From Acidimicrobiia bacterium (GTDB lineage: Bacteria; Actinomycetota; Acidimicrobiia; Spongiisociales; ZC4RG35), in NCBI GenBank assembly GCA_965215185.1, contig OZ244034.1, positions 1,824,001 to 1,888,000 on the forward strand: a DNA stretch of 64,000 nt, written 5' to 3'. Under the pieces are notes generated by a model. It saw only the letters and a list, made by a program, of their open reading frames with translations, was not told where the DNA came from and did not search any database. Within the stretch, counting starts at the first letter, position 1, and the number at the start of each line of letters is the position of its first letter. Of the stretch, positions 38,926 through 47,753 are shown piece by piece. The translations under genes and the position numbers were made by a program.

Positions 38926-40101
38926 GTGACAATCAGCGCCCCCAACCCGCCTAACGGCCCTGAGTCTCGAACTTTGACGCCCACCCAAACCCAGTTCGTC
39001 CGCCTTGACGGTCCATTCACCACCCTGAGCGGCAGGACCATCCCGGAGGTGACTCTCGCCTATGAGATGTACGGGGAATTCAACAAGGCCCGAGACAATG
39101 TCATACTGGTGTTCCACGCCCTGACCGGAAGCCAGCACGCGGCAGGATTCAACCCGTCGGTGCCCGGGGTGGGAGATCTGTGGACCGAAGAGATGCAAGT
39201 CGGCTGGTGGGAGGATTTCATCGGACCCGGACGGGCGCTAGACACCAACAAGCACGCCGTGTTGTGCGTCAACTACCTGGGCGGATGCTATGGGTCAACC
39301 GGCCCGTCCTCCCTCAACCCCGCCACCGCCCGCCCCTACGGTTCGGCTTTTCCCTCCCTGACCATCACCGACATCGTGGACTCTCAGGTGCAGCTATTGG
39401 ACAAGCTGGGCATTGAACGGCTCCACGCCTGCACGGGAGGTTCGGTGGGTGGCCTGTTGGCGGTGGTGCTGGGGACCCGCTATCCCGACCGGGTGAACGT
39501 GGTGATACCCATCGCGGCGGGTCTGGAAGTCACCATCTTGCAGGTAATCCACAATTTCGAGCAGATGTTCGCCATCATCGCCGACCCCCATTTTCAGGGC
39601 GGCGACTTCTACGACGGTCCCCGACCCGACCTGGGGTTGGCCCTGGCCAGGATGATCAGTCACAAGACCTTTGTCTCCCTGACCGCCTTTCGGGAGCGAA
39701 TCCGCCACCAGATCATGGAGCAGGAGTACCTGGCCGGATACCGAGTGCAGCACCCGATGGAGTCGTACATGCTGCACCAAGGGGAAAAGTTCGTGGAGAG
39801 ATTCGACGCCAACACCTATCTGCGGGTGGTGCGGATCTGGCAGAAGTTCGATCTTCTCAAAGAGGTGGGTGGCCAGACTTTCGGGGACCTGTTGAGCCGG
39901 TGCCGAAACCAGCAGTGGATGGTCTTCACCATCGATTCGGATGTCTGCTTCTATCCCGGCGAGCAGGAGAACATGGTCAAGGAACTCAACGCGGCGGGGG
40001 TGCCGGCTCTATGGCACACCGTGCATTCCAACAAGGGCCACGACGCCTTCCTGTTGGAGCCTGACAAGTTCAAACCGGGTCTGCGGGCAGTTTTGGGTTA
40101 G
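38926..40101 (+). CDS. metX: Homoserine O-acetyltransferase
   Basis: 'HALTG', 'GGCYGSTGP', 'GGSVGG', 'RFDANTY', 'GHDAFL'; SAM riboswitch upstream. Confidence 0.92.
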   Translation: MTISAPNPPNGPESRTLTPTQTQFVRLDGPFTTLSGRTIPEVTLAYEMYGEFNKARDNVILVFHALTGSQHAAGFNPSVPGVGDLWTEEMQVGWWEDFIGPGRALDTNKHAVLCVNYLGGCYGSTGPSSLNPATARPYGSAFPSLTITDIVDSQVQLLDKLGIERLHACTGGSVGGLLAVVLGTRYPDRVNVVIPIAAGLEVTILQVIHNFEQMFAIIADPHFQGGDFYDGPRPDLGLALARMISHKTFVSLTAFRERIRHQIMEQEYLAGYRVQHPMESYMLHQGEKFVERFDANTYLRVVRIWQKFDLLKEVGGQTFGDLLSRCRNQQWMVFTIDSDVCFYPGEQENMVKELNAAGVPALWHTVHSNKGHDAFLLEPDKFKPGLRAVLG

Positions 40102-40114
40102 TCGCCTCCGCCGA

Positions 40115-41146
40115 TTAGCAAAGTTGCACCGAAGGCTTGCCTTCGATCACTTCTCCGATCGTCGCGGAGTGGACACCTTCGGCCGCCAGGCGGGCAGTGA
40201 GAGTCTCCACCCGGGAGACGGGTACCGAGATCAGCAGTCCCCCGCTGGTCTGGGCGTCGCACACCAGGCGGCGGGAAATTTCGTCACCTCCCAAGAGTCT
40301 GTGATCAACCGCGGCCAGGTTGCGAAGGCTTCCCCCCGGATAGTGTCCGGCGGCCAGCAGTCGTTCCGCGCCCGGCAGCAGCGGCAATCGGGAAATCTGG
40401 ATCCGAGCGGCCGCCCCGGAGGCGTCCAGCATGGAGAGCAAGTGCCCCGCCAAACCGTAGCCGGTCACGTCGGTGGCCGCCGAAACCCCCACCGAGGTCA
40501 TCGCCCGGCAAGCCGCATCGTTGAGGGCGCTCATCTCCTCCACCGCCGCCTCCAAAGACTCCGAAGGACAATCACCCACCTTGTGGGCAGTGGTGATGAT
40601 CCCGGTTCCGAGCGGTTTGGTCAACACCAGGCGGTCGGTAGGCCGCGCTCCGCAATTGGTGATCACCTCCTCCTCCGCCGCGATCCCCGTCACCGCGAAC
40701 CCGTACTTGGGCTCGGGATCGTCAATGGTGTGTCCGCCCACCACCGTGCACCCCGCCCGGGCCATGATCTCCGCCCCGCCCAGGGCCACCTCCCCGAGAA
40801 TATCAAGCGAAAGGTCCTGGGAGGGCCAGCACATCAACTGAAGCGCCGTGAGGGGCCTGCCCCCCATGGCGTATACATCGGAGAGAGCGTTGGCGGCGGC
40901 GATCCGCCCCCACGTCCGGGGGTCGTCCACCACCGGAGTGAAGAAGTCCACCGTCTGGATGAGGACGCGCCCCTCCGACAGGCGGTATACGCCTGCGTCG
41001 TCGCGGGTCTTCACCCCCACCACCAATTGAGGTGAGGAGAAGGCGGGATGATTCTGCAAATGGCGCAGCACCTGCGCCAGCTCGGCCGATCCGAGCTTGC
41101 AGCCTCAGCCAGCGCCGTGACTGAACTGGGTGAGCCTGATGTCCAT
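40115..41146 (-). CDS. selD: Selenide, water dikinase with in-frame UGA (selenocysteine) at codon 14
   Basis: MDIRLTQFSHGAG-TGA-GCKL is in frame with the 318-aa ORF ('DDAGVY', 'QTVDFFTPVVDDP', 'TDVTGYGL', 'DAQTSGGLL'). Confidence 0.93.
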
Positions 41147-41159
41147 CGCCACAAAGTTA

Positions 41160-41290
41160 GGGACTTATATACCTGCGCGCCCAATTTGGGCGCCGCGGGC
41201 GCCACTGTTTCACCGGGTCCGCCAAATGCTTTTGGCCGGAGTCGACTGGCGTCTTACAGCAGATATTCGTGGACTGACCACCGTCTATTT
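41160..41290 (-). ncRNA. S1: stand-alone omega-RNA-like scaffold plus TIR, no tnpB
   Basis: Minus strand: TCTGCTGTAAGAC (41251-41263), ACAGT (41204-41208), hairpin GCGCCCA/TGGGCGC, AGGTATATAAGTCCC end at 41160. Confidence 0.7.
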
Positions 41291-41391
41291 CGAAGTCACC
41301 ATGTTGTTTCAACAGCCGGCGGCGAGGTGGGGCCCGCCAGCCTTATGCATCGTCGGCTCGACCCTCCGATCGCGACGATATCCTTTGGCGG

Positions 41392-41874
41392 GTGATAACC
41401 GAAGAAACAAGCACCTTCCTCACTCCCGAAGCACACCAACGGCTTCACGCTGAACTGGCGGAGCTCAAAGGACCCAAGAGGATCGAGATTTCCGATCGCA
41501 TCGCCGAGGCCCGCTCGCACGGCGACATCCGAGAAAACGCCGACTACCACGCCGCCAAGGACGAGCAAGGTCTGATGGAGGCGCGGATCGTCCACTTGGA
41601 GAGGGTTCTGCGCGACGCGCAGGTGAGAGAGGTCCACGACACCGGCAAGGTGGAGATCGGCTCGATGGTGACCGTGGTGGACAGCGATGGCGACAAACTG
41701 GAATTCCTACTGGCGCCGGCCGAGAACCGCGGATCGGCCCGGTTGGTGGTCTCGCCCACCAGTCCGTTGGGCAGCGCCGTGCTGTCCAAGTCACCCGGCG
41801 ACCTGGTGGCCTATGTGGCTCCCGGTGGAAAGTTCCAAGTAAGAGTCACCTCGGTTCGCCCCTTCTCGGGCTGA
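41392..41874 (+). CDS. greA: Transcription elongation factor GreA
   Basis: 'ARSHGDIRENADYHAAKDEQ', 'SPTSPLG'. Confidence 0.95.
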   Translation: MITEETSTFLTPEAHQRLHAELAELKGPKRIEISDRIAEARSHGDIRENADYHAAKDEQGLMEARIVHLERVLRDAQVREVHDTGKVEIGSMVTVVDSDGDKLEFLLAPAENRGSARLVVSPTSPLGSAVLSKSPGDLVAYVAPGGKFQVRVTSVRPFSG

Positions 41875-41960
41875 CCGGGCGCCTGTCCCGGGCTCCCTTC
41901 TACAGGGCCGGGGCAATGGTGGGAGGTTGACGGGGACAAGCCCGTAACCTCTTTGAGACA

Positions 41961-43364
41961 ATGAAGTTGCGACTGGATCGCCCCCGGGAACTGGCCCAGC
42001 GCCTCCGCAGGGCCGCTCATCTTCGGCCCACCGAAGTCGAAGAGTACCTGGGCGCCAACATCCAGATGTGGAAGGCTCTGGCGGAGGCTTCTCCCCATGA
42101 TGCGGCAGACATCCTGGAGTCGGTCTCCCCCGAAATAGCCGGGGAGTTGCTTGGCCCCCTCGATCGCCAACAGAGCGCCCCAGTACTGGAGGAGCTGCGC
42201 GATACCCTGGCAGCCACTCTGCTGGAGGCACTGCCCATTTCGGAAGCGTCGGCGGTGTTGGAGGAGATGCCATCCACCGAGGCGGTGGACATTCTGGAGA
42301 ACATGCCCGCCGAAACGGTAACCGCCTTGATCGACCTGATGGCGGAACCGGCCAGTTCGGAAGTCAACCGGCTATTTCACTACCCATCCGACACCGCCGG
42401 GGGCCTGATGACCACCGAGGTGGCGGTGCTGCCCATCGGACTGACCGCCGGGGAGGCGATCGAGCGGATCCGCAATATCCGGGAAATGGTGGATGACCTC
42501 ACCTATGTTTATATCGTCGACGACTTCGGAGCCCTGCGGGGGGTGCTCTCTTTTCGGGACCTGGTATTTGCGAGACCATCGGTAGGTCTGGACGAGGCGA
42601 TGGAAGCCAACCCGATAGTGGTGCACGCCACCGCCGACCGGGAAGAAGTCTCCGAGCTGATGCAGCGCTACCGGCTGCTGGGGTTGCCGGTGATAGACGA
42701 TCTGGGTCACCTGCAGGGGATGGTGACCTATGACGAGGTGATTGACGCCGTGCAAGCCGAGGCCTCCGAAGACTTCGCCACCTCGGTGGGAGCGGGCGCC
42801 GAGGAAACCATCCACACCAGCGTGTTCTCCTCGGTAAGAATGCGCCTGCCCTGGCTGACCCTCAACCTGTTCCTGGCCTTGATCGTGGCGTTCGTGATCG
42901 AGCGGCAGACCGGGATCATCTCGGCCGAGCCGGTGCTGGCGGCGCTGATGCCGGTGGTGGCGCTTCTGGGCGGCAACGGCGGAGTCCAGAGCCTGGCGGT
43001 GGTGATACGTTCCATGGCGATAGGGGATCTGCCCCGGGCCCGGATCTGGACGGTGCTGAGACGCCAGCTGGGGATCGGGCTCTTCAACGGCGCCTTCTTG
43101 GCGGTGGCCGCCATGCTCCTGACCCTGGCGCTTCTATCAGGGGATCTATTCCACTCCAACTACGGCGCCACCAAGGTGGCGCCCGTGGTGGGACTGGCGG
43201 CGCTGGCCAACCTGACCATCGCCACCCTGGCAGGCTCCGGCATTCCCATCGCGCTGCGCAGATTGGGTTTCGACCCGGCCCTTGCCTCCAGCATCTTCCT
43301 GACCCTCATCACCGATGTAGTGGGATTCGGAGGATTCCTGATGGTGGCCGCAATCCTGCTGTAA
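41961..43364 (+). CDS. mgtE: Magnesium transporter MgtE
   Basis: CBS pair, 'RLPWL', 'GGNGGVQS', 'DPALAS...TDVVG'. Confidence 0.93.
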   Translation: MKLRLDRPRELAQRLRRAAHLRPTEVEEYLGANIQMWKALAEASPHDAADILESVSPEIAGELLGPLDRQQSAPVLEELRDTLAATLLEALPISEASAVLEEMPSTEAVDILENMPAETVTALIDLMAEPASSEVNRLFHYPSDTAGGLMTTEVAVLPIGLTAGEAIERIRNIREMVDDLTYVYIVDDFGALRGVLSFRDLVFARPSVGLDEAMEANPIVVHATADREEVSELMQRYRLLGLPVIDDLGHLQGMVTYDEVIDAVQAEASEDFATSVGAGAEETIHTSVFSSVRMRLPWLTLNLFLALIVAFVIERQTGIISAEPVLAALMPVVALLGGNGGVQSLAVVIRSMAIGDLPRARIWTVLRRQLGIGLFNGAFLAVAAMLLTLALLSGDLFHSNYGATKVAPVVGLAALANLTIATLAGSGIPIALRRLGFDPALASSIFLTLITDVVGFGGFLMVAAILL

Positions 43365-43405
43365 GCCGCCTCGCGAAAAACCGCCCAGAATTACAGCCTC
43401 AAACC

Positions 43406-43435
43406 TTGACGTTTGTCACACACAGATCCCATATT
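43406..43435 (+). promoter_or_regulatory. Sigma-A-like promoter TTGACG-N18-CATATT
   Basis: Directly upstream of a structured intergenic RNA candidate. Confidence 0.45.
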
Positions 43436-43441
43436 GACGAC

Positions 43442-43612
43442 AGCAGCCCCGTGTGGTTAGGTGGCTAATCCGCGATCGGCCTGATCTCCATCCAACATGG
43501 ATCGGCGCCCTCACCACTGAAGATGTCACCGACGACAAGTTCGGTGGATCCGGTTGGGAGTGGCGGCTGCCGGGCTACTCGGGTGGCCACCCAGACTTGC
43601 GGGCACACGGAA
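43442..43612 (+). ncRNA. Structured ncRNA candidate (6S RNA-like)
   Basis: Nested pairings CCGTGTG/CACACGG, GGTGGCTA/TGGCCACC, CGCC/GGCG, CACCGA/TCGGTG form a ~165-nt rod with internal loops; intergenic between convergent genes. Confidence 0.5.
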
Positions 43613-43623
43613 TATCCGGCGGC

Positions 43624-44199
43624 TCAGGAGCCGATTATGAACCCCTCCAGATTGGCGAAGGGACCCTGGAAACGGAGGATGGAACCTTCCAGCAGGCTCA
43701 CCAGATAGTGACGGTCCAGCAATTCGGATTCGTCCGCAGTCCGCTCTTCCTCCGCCTTGACCAACACCTCCACCGCATCTCGGTTGTCGAACACGTGGAC
43801 CTCGTAGAGGTCATCGCGCTCCTCGTACACCGACAGCACCAGATTCTCAAGTTCGCGATCGGTGTAGCTGCCCGAGGGGATCTCCAGGAACAACCGGTTG
43901 CCGTCGCGGGTCGGCTCCTGGCGGACCACCCGATAGAAGATCTCGCTGGCCTCCACGGCGTCGGTTTCGGTGTCCGAAGCGTCCTCTGCGGTCTCGGCCG
44001 GTTCCTCAACCATGGTGGGGGTATCAGGAACAGTGGTGGTTTCAAGCTCCGGAGCCGTGGTGGTGGAGGCGGCGGTGGTCACCACCCGGGAGGTGGTTGT
44101 GACCAAAGCCGGAACGTCGTCGCTTCCACAAGCCGCTGCCGCAACCGATAACAATGCGGCCACAACACAGAGCTTGAGGAGCCCTTTGTACCTGCTCAT
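43624..44199 (-). CDS. Hypothetical lipoprotein
   Basis: Lipobox 'AAAAC', Thr-rich linker. Confidence 0.75.
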   Translation of the reverse strand: MSRYKGLLKLCVVAALLSVAAAACGSDDVPALVTTTSRVVTTAASTTTAPELETTTVPDTPTMVEEPAETAEDASDTETDAVEASEIFYRVVRQEPTRDGNRLFLEIPSGSYTDRELENLVLSVYEERDDLYEVHVFDNRDAVEVLVKAEEERTADESELLDRHYLVSLLEGSILRFQGPFANLEGFIIGS

Positions 44200-44248
44200 G
44201 TCAATAGTCTCCGATTCGATGTTGCCCACTCGGGTGGAAGGGGCTCCT

Positions 44249-45079
44249 TCAGGATCCATCAATTGCCTGCTGGATTCGTCTCTTGAATCCGGCGATCAGT
44301 CGGGCGGTCACCGGGCCCGCTGTATACCGGTGGTCATCCAACTCCACGATCGGGGTGATTTCCCGGGTGGTTCCGATCACCATCGCCTCATCGGCTCCCA
44401 ACATGCGATCCAGACCGAAACGACCCTCCCGGCAAGGTATGCCGAGTTCGGATACCATGTCCAGCACCACCCGGCGGGTGATGGAGTCGAGGATCCACAA
44501 ATCCAAGGATGGGGTCTCGAACACCCCGTCACACACCCAGGCCACCGAGAACACCGGTCCCTCCAAGACAGTCCCGTCCTCGGAAACGAGCAACGCCTCG
44601 TCGTATCCCTCCTTCACCGCCCGGCGGGTGGAAGCCATGTTCGGCGCGTAGGAAAGGGTCTTGCCGCCGGCCAGATCCCATTTGTGCCCGGACGAATGCC
44701 AGGGGGCGGTCATCACCTTGAGACGAATCCGGTCCGCCCGGGAGGAAACGTCCTGCCACATCACCACGCACACTTTTTCACCCGGCTGCTGGCCCCGGCC
44801 CAGCACCACCCGGATCAATCCCTCCTCGCCACAAGCCAACACCTGCTCCACCCAGGAATCGAGATCGGACCGGTCGGGCGTTTCCAGATCCAGCATCTCG
44901 GCGGATCGTTCCAGCCGGTCGAGATGAGGGCCGGCCTCAAAGGCGTGGCCCCCGTAGACCCGCATCACCTCGAAGCACCCGTCGCCTCTCAGGATGGTGG
45001 GGCTGTTGATCGAGAAGATCATCTCTCCCGAGGGCTGCCCGTTGACCAGGATCGTGGGTGCGCTCACAGCCGGTTCCAT
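44249..45079 (-). CDS. Aminotransferase class IV (IlvE/PabC-like)
   Basis: 'RGDGCFE', 'HLDRLERSA', 'KTLSYA.N', 'ILDSITR'. Confidence 0.88.
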   Translation of the reverse strand: MEPAVSAPTILVNGQPSGEMIFSINSPTILRGDGCFEVMRVYGGHAFEAGPHLDRLERSAEMLDLETPDRSDLDSWVEQVLACGEEGLIRVVLGRGQQPGEKVCVVMWQDVSSRADRIRLKVMTAPWHSSGHKWDLAGGKTLSYAPNMASTRRAVKEGYDEALLVSEDGTVLEGPVFSVAWVCDGVFETPSLDLWILDSITRRVVLDMVSELGIPCREGRFGLDRMLGADEAMVIGTTREITPIVELDDHRYTAGPVTARLIAGFKRRIQQAIDGS

Positions 45080-46728
45080 CCACTGGTGAGGGGGCGGCGA
45101 CGATCCCGTCCCAGATTCTTGGTGGTGACTTTGGGACCGGGCGCGGATTGGTGTCTCTTGTATTCGGCTCGCTCCACCAATCCCACCACCCTTCGCACCA
45201 TCACCGGATCGTAACCCGACGCCGTGATCTCGTCCACCGAAAGCTCCGAATCTATGTACATGCCCAACACGGAATCCAAATCATCATAGGGAGGCAAGGA
45301 GTCGCTATCAAGCTGGTTGGGACGTAATTCCGCAGAGGGAGGCTTGGTGATAATCCCTTGCGGAATCACCGGATGGCGGCGGTTCCTCCACTGTGCCAGA
45401 CGGTACACCCAGGTCTTGTAAACGTCTTTGAGAGGAGCAAACCCTCCCACCATATCGCCATACAGGGTGGAGTAACCGACCGCCAGTTCCGACTTGTTGC
45501 CCGTGGCCAGCACCAAACCGCCGTGCTGGTTGGAGACGGCCATCAAAAAGGCACCCCGGGCGCGGGCTTGCAGGTTTTCTCCGACGATTCCCCAACCGGC
45601 GGCGCCCATCACCGGCGACAGGCTGTCCATGAAAGCACTGTGCACACGTTCGATGGGGACCATGTCGAAACGGATACCCAGATTGGAAGCCAACCGCTTG
45701 GCGTCGGTCTTGGAGTGCTCGGAGCTGTACACCGACGGCATGGAAATCCCCCAAACCCGATCCGCTCCCAAGGCGTCGGCGGCCAGACAGGCGGTTACCG
45801 CCGAATCGATCCCTCCCGAGAGGCCCACCACCGCCGAGTTGAACCCGTTCTTGCGCACGTAGTCGCCGGTGGCCAGAGTCAACGCCTCCCACACCTCCTC
45901 TTCGGATCCCATCCAGTCTCTTTCCGGGGGCGGTGGCGAGGTGGACGCCCCGGGGAGGGGAATGTCCACAATGAAACGGTCCTCGCCGAACTGGGGCGAT
46001 CGATGCAGGATCGAGCCGTCGGAGGAGGCGACCAGCGAAGCGCCGTCGAACACCAACTCGTCCTGGCCTCCCACCAGGTTCAGATAAACCAGAGCGGTTC
46101 CCGCACTCCGGGCGCGCTGGGACACCAAGGCTTCACGCTCCGAAGCCTTCCCCCGGTGATAGGGAGAGGCGTTGAGATTTACGATCACCCCGGCTCCCGC
46201 CGCGGCTAACTGTTGCCAGGGGCCGTCTTCGGTCCACAGGTCCTCACATATGGAGACTCCCACCTCGACCTGCCCGACCGGCCAGGTGCGAAGAGGGTCA
46301 CGTCCGGGATAGAACCACCGACGCTCGTCGAAAACACCGTAGTTGGGCAGAACCCGCTTGCGATAGACACCCTGAATGCGGCCTGCTCGCAAGATCGCCG
46401 CGGCGTTGGCCACCCGCCCGGAGAAGGCGTCGCCTGCACCGGGCAGGTCTTTTTGGGGAGAGGAGTCCAGGAAGCCCACCACCGTCACCGTTCGACGGGA
46501 CCGCTCGGCCAGCCTCTCCACTACGGCTCGATTGGCCTCCAGGAAGTCGCCGCGCAACGCCAAGTCCTCGGGCGGGTATCCGCAGACCGCCAACTCGGGA
46601 AACACCAGAAGATCGACATTTTGATCCTCCGCCCAGTCCATCGCGTCCAGGATTCGGCGGCAGTTGCCCTCCAAGTCCCCCACCACCATGTTGAGTTGGG
46701 CGCCGGCGATCCGAATCGTCATCCCCAT
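45064..46728 (-). CDS. nadE: Glutamine-dependent NAD+ synthetase
   Basis: CN-hydrolase domain ('FPEL', 'ICED') plus 'GLSGGIDS', 'TGNKSE', 'PSAEL'. Confidence 0.95.
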   Translation of the reverse strand: MGMTIRIAGAQLNMVVGDLEGNCRRILDAMDWAEDQNVDLLVFPELAVCGYPPEDLALRGDFLEANRAVVERLAERSRRTVTVVGFLDSSPQKDLPGAGDAFSGRVANAAAILRAGRIQGVYRKRVLPNYGVFDERRWFYPGRDPLRTWPVGQVEVGVSICEDLWTEDGPWQQLAAAGAGVIVNLNASPYHRGKASEREALVSQRARSAGTALVYLNLVGGQDELVFDGASLVASSDGSILHRSPQFGEDRFIVDIPLPGASTSPPPPERDWMGSEEEVWEALTLATGDYVRKNGFNSAVVGLSGGIDSAVTACLAADALGADRVWGISMPSVYSSEHSKTDAKRLASNLGIRFDMVPIERVHSAFMDSLSPVMGAAGWGIVGENLQARARGAFLMAVSNQHGGLVLATGNKSELAVGYSTLYGDMVGGFAPLKDVYKTWVYRLAQWRNRRHPVIPQGIITKPPSAELRPNQLDSDSLPPYDDLDSVLGMYIDSELSVDEITASGYDPVMVRRVVGLVERAEYKRHQSAPGPKVTTKNLGRDRRRPLTSGWNRL

Positions 46729-46744
46729 AAGAATACGGAATAAT

Positions 46745-46858
46745 CACCGCGTTCGGACAGAAGATCTTCTGCTGTGAAACCCGACCCTCCCAGGGAGGGC
46801 AACGCTGGCGGAAACAGTATCCCTTTAGCCCCGTTGGGCACTCAGGTTTATAAGTCCC
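46745..46858 (+). ncRNA. S2: stand-alone omega-RNA-like scaffold plus TIR, no tnpB
   Basis: TCTGCTGTGAAAC (46768-46780), AACAGTATC (46813-46821), hairpin GCCC/GGGC, CTCAGGTTTATAAGTCCC end at 46858. Confidence 0.68.
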
Positions 46859-46916
46859 TATCTTTGCGGTTGATGACGCTTGATGCCACAGGCGGCCGGG
46901 ACCGCTCCGACCGCCG

Positions 46917-47312
46917 GTGAAGGCCAGACAATCTCCGGTTAGCAGCGGCTTTACGGCGCTGGCGGTTTTCTGTGGCGGGTCGTTGGGAGCTGTGGGTCGT
47001 TTCGGCCTCGGCCAGTGGCTGGAGCCGGTGGGCGAGATCGTGATCGCCACTGTGGTGGCCAACCTGGTGGGATCGGCGATACTCGGAATCCTGGCCGGGT
47101 TGGCCGAGCGACGGGCGCACCGGGGTGTGTTGTGGGCGCTGTTGGGGGTAGGCTTCGCCGGCGCATTGACCACCTTCTCCACCTTTGCGTTGGAAGCCTT
47201 GGCCCTGCTGGAAGGACCGGGCCTGCTCATAGCGGCGCTCTACGCCGGCGGCAGTGTGGTGGCCGGTTTATGGATGGCGGCGACTGCCCGGCAGCGGAGT
47301 TTGGCGTGGTGA
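46917..47312 (+). CDS. crcB: Fluoride channel FluC/CrcB
   Basis: 'GGSLGAVGR', 'ANLVG', 'GFAGALTTFSTF'. Confidence 0.9.
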   Translation: MKARQSPVSSGFTALAVFCGGSLGAVGRFGLGQWLEPVGEIVIATVVANLVGSAILGILAGLAERRAHRGVLWALLGVGFAGALTTFSTFALEALALLEGPGLLIAALYAGGSVVAGLWMAATARQRSLAW

Positions 47313-47668
47313 TCCTGGGCGTGGCGCTGGCCGGGGGCGTGGGGGCCCTCATCCGATGGCTGGTGGGGATTTGGTTTTCCGAGCGCGGCCCCCGTGGCGT
47401 CGGCACTGGGGTGGTCAATCTGGTGGGCGCCTTCGGGTTGGGACTGGTGATCGCCCTGGTGGACAGCGGACGGTTCCACCCGGATGCTGGACTGGTGCTG
47501 GGGGTAGGGCTGCTGGGCGGTATGACCACCTTCTCCACTTGGATGGTCGAGACCGTCCAGGAACCAGCCGGGCGACCCTCCAGCGCGTGGCTGCGGCTGG
47601 CGCCGCTGACCGTGGCCGGAATGGCTTTAGTTTGGATCGGGATGCAGTTCGGCGGTGTCGGCAACTGA
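47309..47668 (+). CDS. crcB: Fluoride channel FluC/CrcB, second subunit
   Basis: 'GGVGALIR', 'VNLVG', 'GGMTTFST'. Confidence 0.9.
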   Translation: MILGVALAGGVGALIRWLVGIWFSERGPRGVGTGVVNLVGAFGLGLVIALVDSGRFHPDAGLVLGVGLLGGMTTFSTWMVETVQEPAGRPSSAWLRLAPLTVAGMALVWIGMQFGGVGN

Positions 47669-47753
47669 TTCGCCCAAGACCCGACCAGAGATCAAAGGGT
47701 CCTCTTTTCTGTTCACTTCGTCTCTCCGCGTCTTCCCGATAGCCTTCAACCAG

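Noticed and set aside
41160-46858. Composite transposon formed by the outward-facing TIRs of S1 and S2 around greA-mgtE-nadE
   Set aside because: The flanks (CAAAGTTA versus TATCTTTG) are not direct repeats, both ends are RNA-bearing right ends from different subfamilies, and the cargo is core housekeeping genes.
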